A DNA stretch of 23,197 bases from Neovahlkampfia damariscottae. Taxonomy: Eukaryota. Both the position numbers and the translations under genes were made by a program. The stretch lies in the NCBI GenBank assembly GCA_016618085.1, contig JABLTG010000026.1, positions 124,001-147,197 on the forward strand. The letters are read 5' to 3'. Shown one piece after another: positions 9,894 to 20,100 of the stretch. Positions within the stretch are counted from its first letter, which is position 1. Every line of letters begins with the position of its first letter. The notes below the pieces were generated by a model. It was given only the letters and a program-made list of their open reading frames with translations, was not told the origin of the DNA and did not search any database.

Positions 9894-10099
9894 TGTTGAA
9901 GAGAACGATTGGATGGATTTGTTCCACCAATGGAACAGTAAAAAAATTCTTGAATGAATTGAACTTGGTTGTCAAAGTAAACACTCATGGATTCTTTGTG
10001 TTAAAAAAAACGGTAATGCTAACTTCCAAAAGTGGAGTTTTTGTTTGCCTAAACCATTCTTCAAAAATAAAAGTTACACCAACCATATTCAACCTTTCA

Positions 10100-13000
10100 A
10101 TGTCTTCTCTAACAGCAGCACTGAAGCCAACTCTTTTTGCTGAAACACTCCTGAAGAAGTTCGAAGAAACTTTACTTGACCAAAATGTTTCAAAGAAAGT
10201 CAAAGAAGAAGTGGAAAAGATCAGCTCAAAAGCCTCAGAACTTTTTGAATTTATACGTAAAGTACAAAAACTTATTGTCAGTTTACTTGCGAAGTTGTTA
10301 CCAGAGAAATTTATGAACCCATTAAATCGTCTTTTTAAAATGATTAGAAACATTCCGCTTGACAAGTTGAAGAAATTTCTGAAACAAAGTGTTGTTGTGG
10401 TAGAAAAACTATTTCAATCAGTCAAAGAGTAAGGGTTAATATTTTGTTTTCAACTTTTAAGTGGTGACTTATACCCAACACCCAAATGTACAGGATGCAT
10501 TTCGATTTGTCAAAGCTATGGCCCTCTTGGGAGACAAGAAGAATCAGAATCAAATTTATTTGAATTTATTAATCAATTTAAAGACTTGAGTGATGGTGTT
10601 TTTTCTTTGTTACCAATGGATTTTATTGACAGAGTTTTAAATGTAGATTTTAAAACAGATAATCAAATCATTGAAAAATTAAATGAACATATCGCAAAAG
10701 CACAAAATACATTGGAAAAATCAGGTGAGTTTATCAAAGGAGCTGCTGATAAAGTCAATCCACTTTTATTATTACAGTCATTTCAAAAAAAACTTGAAAG
10801 AAGAAATTCTGATATTTTTATTCCTGAAGAATCTGAAGAATCCATTGAAGATATCTTACAAAATTTGGAAAATCAAAAAGATATGGATGAAAAAGAACTT
10901 GGTGAAAAAGAAAAAGCAATTGGATTTAAATTTTTTGATAAATTAAAAAAACACTCAGAAGAAACTATGAAATTTGTAGAAGAAGTTGTTGAAAACTTAA
11001 AAAGTGATACCTTATCATTTTTAAGAGAATTAGATTTTTTACAACTTGAAAAATTACTCAACATGATTAGAGATTTTATCAATAATTTCAGTGTTCAAAA
11101 ATTTTTAGGATATGTAAAGAATGTTGCAGATACAGTTGAATTCTTGAAAAGCTACAAAGATGTACTTTTACAAATGGTAAAATCACCTGGAAATATGGAA
11201 TTATTTCAAAAAATATTTGGTTGCTTTTTTAATCAACCAGAATTTATGAAAGAGGCATTTGTTTTATTTCAAGATTTAATGTCAATAGTTGACTTGAATG
11301 AAGTCATTTCAATTTTTGAAGAATTCATTGATATGTTTACAACTGTTGATTTGTTTAAATCAACTGAATTGGTTGATTCAATTAAAAATGATTCAGATGC
11401 ACTAAAAGATGCATTTGAAAAATCGTATGAAAAATTCAAAGAAGTTTCTGAAAAAGTTATGACAACTGTCAAAGATTTCATTTTACCATTTTATTTTGTT
11501 GGAAAAGATCAATTGGAAAAAACATTTAAATTGCCACCTCTTGATTTCAATTTTAAATTACCTATTGGAGTGTTTGATTTGAATTTTGATCCAAAAGATT
11601 TTGCTAAGAAACAATTAATGTTAATTGATTCAAGTTTCTCAACAATGACAAATTTGGGTGGCAAGACATTTGATGGAATGATAGATTTGGGTGGAAAAAC
11701 ATTTGATTCTTCCAGTAAGTTAGCAAAAGGAGCTATCAAAGGTGTAAGTGATGTTGGGACAAAAACATTTGATTCAACCGGAAAACTTGCATCTGGAACT
11801 GTTAAAGGTGTTGGAAAAGGAGTTTCAGATACAACTGCATTTGTATCAGGTGCTGGAAGTAAAACTGTTGATGGAATATCAAATGTCGGAAAAGGTATTG
11901 GAAAAGGAATGACAGATACTTCATCAAAAGTTACAGGTGGTATGAAAAATGTCACATCTGGTGTAACCAATACAGGTGGTAAAGTAATTGGAAGTGTTGG
12001 AAATGTGTTTAAACAAAAATCAAAAGAAAATGTAACAGCTGACGTTAAATTTGATTCAGAGATGACAACAAAAGATAGTCCAATGAATGAAGAAATCAAA
12101 GAAGTTCCTGAAAATAAAATAAAACAATCAACATCTGATAGCATTGTGAACTCAAATTTGAATGTTTTAGGAATTGGAAAGAAAAAAGAAGAAAAAAAAA
12201 ATGATGCTGAAAAACTACAAGAAGAAAAACAGAAAAGTGGAAGTCTTTTGAATTCTAATATTAATGTTTTGGGAATTGGAAAAAAATCTGAAAAAAAAGA
12301 ATCTAATGAAGAAATCAAATCACCAAAAAGTGGAAAGAATATTAACTTGAATCCTTTTGCAAAAAAAAAAGAAAAAGATGAACCACAAGAATCCCCAGAA
12401 GAATTTAATCAACAACAAGAAGTAGAATTGCCAATTGAAACAGAATCGATAAAATTGAAAGAAAATGATGTTGAATCACCAAATATTGAAAAGAACAAAG
12501 TTGAAGTATCTGATGATCACAATAATGTAAAATCACCAAAAAGTGGATTACATTTAAATTTGAATCCATTTGGAATTGGAAAAAAACATGATAAATCTGA
12601 ACCTGAACATCAAGAGTCTGACAAAAATGAAGTGAAATCACCAAAGAACCATCATCATTTAAATATTTTGGGAATCGGAAAGAAACATGAAAAAAAAGAA
12701 ATGGAAGAAACAGAAGTAAAATCGCCAAGAAAACATGAGTCACAAGAAAAGAATAATATTGAAGTAACTGAATCAAATGAAAGTCAAGAAGTAAAATCAC
12801 CAAGAAGTTCAAAACATTTGAATTTGAATCCATTTGCAAAGAAAGAAAAACGTCAATCTATTGAAAAAGAAACTCATGATGAACCACAAGTGAAATCACC
12901 TAGAAAGAAAACAGGAAGTATACTTAATTCTAACTTGAATGTTTTGGGAATTGGAAAAAAACATGAAAAGAAAGAAGATATTGAGGAACATGAAACTCAT

Positions 13001-13612
13001 GATGAACCACAAGTGAAATCACCTAGAAAACATATCAATTTGAATCCATTTGCAAAAAAACGTCATTCTACAGAAAAGGAAACTTCTGATGGAAATGAAG
13101 AAGTTGAGGTAAAATCACCAAGAAAGAAAACAGGAAGTATACTTAATTCTAACTTGAATGTTTTGGGAATCGGAAAAAAAAAAGATCATGAAGAAAAGAC
13201 AGATGATTCGACAATAGAAGAATCAAATAAAAAAAAATCAAAAAGAAATAGTGGTTTTGGATTGGGAAAGATTGGAAAGAGATCATCAAAAGAACTCGAA
13301 AAAGTAAGTGTTGAAGAATCAAATGATGAATCAGAAAAATCTGAAGGAACAAATCAAAAAAGAAAAAGTTTGAATTTAGGAGGTATATTCACAACAAGTT
13401 CAAAGAAAAAAATTGAAAATGAATCTTTAATTGATGAAAGTGAACCAAAAGAAAACAAAAGAAAATCAACAGAAAAGAAAGGAGGAATATTATCAGGATT
13501 CAATAAAAGAAATTCAGCAGAAAAAAAAGATGATGATTTAGGTGATAAAAAATCACCAGGTAGATCTGGAAATCAAATGTTAAATAAATTTGGATTAAAT
13601 AAAAAGAAATAA
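10100..13612 (+). CDS. Large repeat-containing protein (helical N-terminus, 11-mer amphipathic repeats, KSP/NPF repeat tail), 1159 aa
   Basis: ATG 10100 (MSSLTAALKP). Exons 10100-10428 and 10462-13612. The 33-nt intron 10429-10461 (GTAAGG...TTTAAG) removes the TAA and joins the two track ORFs in frame. Confidence 0.85.
11648..12010 (+). repeat. Coding tandem array of 11 degenerate 11-aa (33-bp) repeats
   Basis: TNLGGKTFDGM/IDLGGKTFDSS/SKLAKGAIKGV/SDVGTKTFDST/GKLASGTVKGV/GKGVSDTTAFV/SGAGSKTVDGI/SNVGKGIGKGM/TDTSSKVTGGM/KNVTSGVTNTG/GKVIGSVGNVF. Confidence 0.75.
12143..13180 (+). repeat. Coding modular repeats: [VI]KSP[KR], NLNPF and N[VI]LGIGKK
   Basis: 8 x [VI]KSP[KR], 4 x NLNPF and 5 x N[VI]LGIGKK. 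Exact DNA duplications: 38 bp at 12869-12906 and 12992-13029; 50 bp at 12902-12951 and 13121-13170. Confidence 0.9.
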
Positions 13613-13637
13613 AAATATTTCAATTTTGATTGGATAA

Positions 13638-14014
13638 ATGACTTCTCTAAAAGTTGATGGAAAAAATTTGTTGGAAGAAGTTAAAATTATTTCAAGAGAT
13701 ATTCTGACTTCTTTAAAAACTTTAGATTTATCAAAAAATGAAAGTAAAAAAAAAATAAACCTAATTCAAAAAAAAAAGTCTCAAACTTGAAACAAAAATA
13801 TTCACAAACAACAAAAAAATTATCAGATATTTTAATAAAATTAGAGGATATAGAAGAAAATAAAATGACAGATAATGAAGAAGAAAATGAACAAAAAAGA
13901 GAGCAGTTGCTTAAAATTGCAAAAGAAAAAGATGATGAAATTAAATTACTCATCAAAACTTTGAGAGAATTAAAATTTGATTTGGCTGCTTTCACACAAA
14001 TTGGCGAAAAATAA
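13638..14014 (+). CDS. MED30: Small coiled-coil protein, probable Mediator subunit 30, 113 aa
   Basis: Exons 13638-13743 and 13779-14014, with a 35-nt intron at 13744-13778. N-terminal LKVDGKNLLEEVKIISRDILTSL and C-terminal KEKDDEIKLLIKTLRELKFDLAAF resemble plant/animal MED30 as recalled (EG.KHLEETI..AFQI.S; KN..LK.LIDQLR.LI.DI). The gene model is firm; the identity is moderate. Confidence 0.6.
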
Positions 14015-14170
14015 ACCAAAAATTTTGGAGATCAAAGTTGATCCATTTCTATTCTAAAATAAAAAAAAGTCAGTACTTCAACCACGTTCTTTGTTTTATA
14101 TCAATTTCTGATCCTTCCATTTTCAGTATATTCAACCAATTAGAGTAATTTCTAAAGATTCCAAAAAAAC

Positions 14171-17100
14171 ATGAATTGGAGTTATGAAAAAATCCAAGGT
14201 CAAGAGAAAGACATTAAAGGTGAAACTTGTTGGGTTATAGATGGTGAGATATACCAGTTTGGTGGCCAAAAACAAGGACTAACTACTATTTTCTCGAAAA
14301 AACAAAAAACTTATAACAATGGTTTGACAAAATACGTAAAAAATGGAGAGAACGGATATAAAGCTATTAAAATAAGTGAAACTGATTACAAAAATTCATC
14401 TTTACCAAAACCAAGAAAAGACGCAAGTGCTTGTGTTTTTAAAACAGGAAAAATGAATCATGAACAAGTTTTAGTTTATGGAGGTTCTTATGGAACTGAA
14501 TACTTGGATGTAAAAAAATTTGATTTTTATTTTTTTTTTTTCACAGGACATTTGGATGTATGATCCATTCTCAAATCTTTGGAGACCAATTTTGTTTAAG
14601 AAAACTGATGACAAACCACAAGGAAGAAGTAAACATTCCGTAGTTTTTCATGATGATAAGATGTGGGTATTTGGAGGACAAAAAGGTATGACTACTGATA
14701 CAAATGGGTTATGGTGTTTTGATGTTAATGAATATAGCTGGAAAAAATATTCTTCACCAACTACTTTGTTATCACGTTCAAATCATACAGCAACTGTGAT
14801 TGAAAATGTTAATGGTGATCCTGTTATGTGTGTTACTTTTGGATCTAACACTGTCATTATACCAGATGTTTGGACATATAACTTCAAGACAGGAGAATGG
14901 AAAAGACATTCAGAATTTTCAAAAATGGAATTTGGGAGACAAAATCATGCAGCTGTTTATTTAGGTAATAAGGCATTATTGATTCATGGTGGATATTTGG
15001 CATCACATTTATCAAATATGTTTATTTTTGATTTTTCAAATGGTTCAATTCACAACATTTCCAGTTCAACCACATTGACAAAATGGCCACAAGATCGTTG
15101 TGATCATCATTTATTCTATGATGAAGATTCAAAAGAAATTACAATTGTAGGAGGAGAACATTTAACAGGTTGCAGAGATGGTGTTTGGACCTGCAATATT
15201 TCACATATTTTTTCAATGTTTAATCTTGGAAAAAAAGATGCAGAAGAAAATTTTGAAGTTGGTACTATTGAGTTTTCAAGAAGTGCGTTAAAAACTATTG
15301 ACAAATCAAATAAAAAATTGAAAGACAAACCAAATGATTTTGAATCATTGTTATCAAGATGTGAAGCTTATTGTGAAATCCATCTTTATGATAAATGTCT
15401 AGCTGATGTAGAAGCAATTCAACAAATTGATCCAGACAATTTGGAGATCAAAATTTATGAAGCATTATGTTTTTATCATTTAGGTGAACACAAAAAAGTC
15501 ATTAAGAAAATTAAAGAAATATCATCAAAGAAAGATATCAAAGAATTTGGATCTGAAAAATATGAAGAAATTTTAAGTTGTCGTGCAAAAAGTTTATTTT
15601 TCAATGCAAATTTTGTTGAGTCATTAAAAGACTGTGAAGATTTATTAGAAATATTTAAAAAACAAAAAAAATTGAAAGAAAATGAAGCATTTGATATTTA
15701 TCATGTGAAAGCAGAATGTTTATTTTCATTGAAGAAATATGAGGAATCAATTCAAACTTACGATGAAGCTATCAAAATTTTTAAAAGTGGTTTGTTAAGT
15801 ATTCTCTCTGGCAAGAATACAAAACTTGAAGCATTAGAAGAGTATAAACTTGAAATTATGAACAAACAAAAGAAACGATTAGAATCAATTGAATTAATCA
15901 AACAAGGTGAAACTTTGTTTAACAAAGATAACTTTGATGAAGCTCTAAAACTATTTGATCAAGCAATCGAATTAGATCCAGATAGTTCAATTGGTCATGC
16001 TTTTATTTCAGAGATTTACTTGAAAAGAAGAAATTTCGAATTATCAAAAGAAGCTGCAAAAAAATGTATTGAATCTGATAGAAAATATTGGAAAGGTTAT
16101 TATCTTGTTTCTGAAGCATATATTGTAATTCGTCATGTTTCAAAAGCAATAAAATATCTTGAAGAAGGTCTTAAAAAATGTGATAACAATCAAAAATTAC
16201 AAGATGCTCTTGAAGATGCAAAAACAAAACAAGAATTATATGAAAAAGCATCAGAATTTGCGGATACAGCTCAAACATATCTTAATCGATTGATGATAAA
16301 TGAAGCTATTGAAGAAATGGATCATGCATTGGAATTAGATAAAGATAACTCAAAATACTATTCAATTCGTTCTCAATGTTATCTTGAGTTGAAAGATTTT
16401 GATAAAGCAGAAGAAGATTCAAAGAAAGCTATTGATATTGATCCATTAATGACAGTAGGTTATCTTTCACATGCCGAAGTTCTGGTTAAACAAAGAAAAT
16501 ATTCAACAGCAATTGACATATTAGAAACATGTTTGAAGAAAGTTCAAGATCCAGATGCAAATAAAGAAGTATCAGATCGATTACAATCAATTCATCAAAT
16601 GTTAAACGTTGTGGTCATTCAAGAAAAGAATTTTAAGAAAGCATCAATACAATTTGAATTATATGAAAAACAAGGATTTGAAGTTATTGACAGTTTGAAA
16701 GAAAACACTGCTCAAGAAAATTTGAAATTCAAAAAAATTCTATCATTAGTAGAATCTTCAAGAAGATGGGATTCTGAAATATTTGATGCTGATTCAATTC
16801 TTCTTTGTGCAAAAATATTTTACAAAATGAAAAATTTTTCTGATTGCATTGAAGATTGTAAAGAAATTATTTCAAATAATCCAAAAGCGGAAGAAGCTTA
16901 TATTTTGATTGCTCTTTCATTTTCATCAATAAATCTTCAAAAATATTCTCAAGCAATTGAAAAACTTAATGAAGCTAAAAAAGTAATTGGTTCAACTGAG
17001 AGAATTAAATCAACATTGAAAAAAGTTGAAAATGCTCAAAAGAATTATGCACACTATCGTTCAATTATTGATGATGCTCATGTGGCAAGACAAGGAAGAG

Positions 17101-20100
17101 AATTTGATAAAGCAATTGAAACTTATAAAAAAGCACTTGTGGCTTACCCAAATCAAGTTAATACTTTATTTGAACTTGCATTTTGTGAATACAATGCTGA
17201 AAAATATGATGATAGCTTGAAAAATTGTTTATTGGCATTAGAACAAGAACCTTCATTTCCACATATTAATAACTTGGTTGCATTGAATTATTTGAAACAA
17301 AAAAAACTTGATGAAGCTTTAAATGTGACTCAAAAAGCATTAAAGATGACTCCTTTCAATACTGTATTGATTAAAACTTGGTCAGAAGTTAAATTGAAAA
17401 TTGAAATGAGAAAAATTGAAATTTTGGAAGAAAAACTTCAAAATGAAAATGATATTGGTTTGAAAATTGATCACATTTCAAATATATTGTTATTGATTCC
17501 TTCTTCTATTAGATATTTAATTCAAAGAGCACAATTATATGTTTCTCAAGAAAGATATTCAAAAGCAGCTCGTGATTGTAAAAAAATCATTGAATGTGGA
17601 TACTCAGGTGGAATTACTGAAAAACAAGTTGTTGAAGCAAACTACCTTTATGCAAAATGTTTTTATGCTCAACAAAGATTTCCAAAAGCTTTCAGTTATG
17701 CAGAAAAAGCAGCAAAAATTAATTTTGGAAAGAAATTCATTGATCATGAATTAATAATCAAATTATTGCAACAAATCAACAAAGGAGAATCTGCCACCAA
17801 ACAAGCACAGATATTTTTTGAAGATGCAAAAAATGCTTATGCAGACGGTGATTTAGAACGATCAATGGAATTCGTAAAGAAAGCAATTAAAATCAATCCA
17901 ATGAATGAATTATATCATGCTCTTTCATGCAAAATCAATTTAGACTCATTGCACAAAGATGCAGCATTTGAAGATGCTAAAACTGTTTTAGATATTAATC
18001 CATTTGAACCTGATAACATGAAACTATTAGTTACAGTTTATAGGGTTAGATTTGAATTTGATGAAGCCATCAAACAATTAACATATTTCATTGAAGATGA
18101 AACAGATCAAGTATTCAATAAATTCCAAACTAACTTTTTTCAAGGATGTTGTGAAAGAATTACAAGATTTGATTGAAGATATTGAGCATTCAAAAGTTCA
18201 ACAAAGAAAAGCAAAAGATAATCATGTAAGATAAAAATTATTTAACTTCTCCAGGACAATGCAATGATAATGCTTCAAAAAGATCCAGAAGAAGGAGTCA
18301 ATTTATTATATTCTTCAATTCAACTTGATAAAAGTTCAGAATTATACCAAAAAGATTATATTGATGCATTGATCAAATTGGACCGTTTGGAAGAAGCATT
18401 AGAGGCTTCAAATTCATTGCTTAAAGAATTTCCAAATTCAATTGATTCTTATTTGACAAGATTTAATGTTTTGAATTTGCTTCAAGATTACAATCAAAGT
18501 TTATTTTTTATTACCAATGTTTTAGAAAAATTCCCAAAAGAACAAAGAGTTTTTGATGCTATTAAAGTTGCAATTAAAAATGAATTGAGTATTTGCAAAT
18601 ATTCATATTATTATAAATTTGAACAATTTGAATCAAAATTTTCTCCTTTTGATATCTCTGAATATTTAGTTGATAAAGCACCTGAAGGAGCGAAATTAGA
18701 AGAAATTTCACTTGATTCTTTACTTGGTGATGACTTTGGTTTGGATGATTTAGGGTTAGGAGATTTAGAAGAATCAAAACAAGAAAACAAAGAAAAACCA
18801 ACTACAACATCAAAATCACCAAGACAAACTAAAAAAGATGAAAAACCAAAATTAACAATTGAAGAATTATTTCAAATGTCACAAAAACAATTCCCAGAAT
18901 TGAAAGCAATGAGAAATTTTGCACAAAAAGGTGTAGATTTTTACACAGTCGGTAAAAAATATCTTGACAAACTGTATGAAAGTGTTTATAAAGTTGCAAT
19001 CAAAGCACTTTATTGCTATTACAAAGATGATGTCAATGAAGTTGATGAATATTTAAGAAAAGCATTTTATTTTTCAGAAAGTACTTTAAAAGATTATCTC
19101 AAATCATTAAAACTGGATAAAGTTTCAAAACAAATTGCTGCTCAAAGATACTATGAAATTGTAAATGACAAACACAGATTTTATAAAAAAGTAGATTTTG
19201 ATACACCTGAACATTATGAAGCATGGAAAAATGATCAAATTGAAAATATCAAAAAACTCTGTCCAAATGATGATCTTTCAATTTTGTTAGAAGAATGGAC
19301 AGAAATTGATTATCATTCAATCTTAACACCTTTAGTTTCTGCATTATTCCTTTATGATAAAAATGTTGATCCAAAATTCATTCCTTCACAAACAACAATG
19401 GAGATTCTTGATGTAGTCATAGAAATATTTAATTTTGGTTCAAAAAAATATGAATATTTAACGTAAGTCAACAAATAATATTGAAATAACTAAAAGAATG
19501 ATCAAATCATTATCTGGATTTTCATCATCCATTTCAGAGTGTTCTTTGAAATTAATTCATGTTTACAATTACTTACTTCTTTTTGTAAATGAATTCATTT
19601 CAAATCCAAATATGATTTTAAAAGAACAACAATATTATAATGAAGTAACAAAACCAATTTTGAACTATGTTTCTAATATTACAAATCAATTTTACAATTC
19701 AAAAAATGAAAAAATGAGACAAGTGATTATTATGGGATTCAAAATTACATCATTAATTCAAATTTTTGATCAAATGACAAAAATGGATTCAACAGAAATT
19801 CCAACATTTCTTGAAAAAACAAATGAATTATATCTTGACCATATTGATGATGTTTTAACAATGATGAAAGAAAAAGCATTTAAAGAAGAATTCACACCTT
19901 CTTCATTAATTTTATACATCAAAGCATTATCACAATATCTTGAAACTTGTCAAATTTATTTTGTAGATTTATTTTCATAGTAAGAAACTCATTCATTACT
20001 TAACCATTATTTTCACAGTCAAATTCCTATGATGAAACAAGTAGTGATTAAATTCTATGATGAATTAGATTTAATTTTAATGAATTTTGGAAATATTGGT

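Noticed and set aside
9920..9937. Inverted repeat TGTTCCA-CCAA-TGGAACA around a CCAAT box
   Set aside because: It is a single 7-bp stem, is not repeated at other promoters, and is compatible with chance.
9893..10099. N-terminal 69 codons of track ORF 9893..10432
   Set aside because: It starts at TTG and spans the divergent promoter with CCAAT boxes. ATG 10100 is the more plausible start, although an in-frame ATG at 10016 cannot be excluded.
12143..13180. Repeat-spacer pattern resembling a CRISPR array or mobile element
   Set aside because: The repeats are in-frame peptide modules with synonymous variation and irregular spacing inside a eukaryotic CDS. No cas or transposase genes are present.
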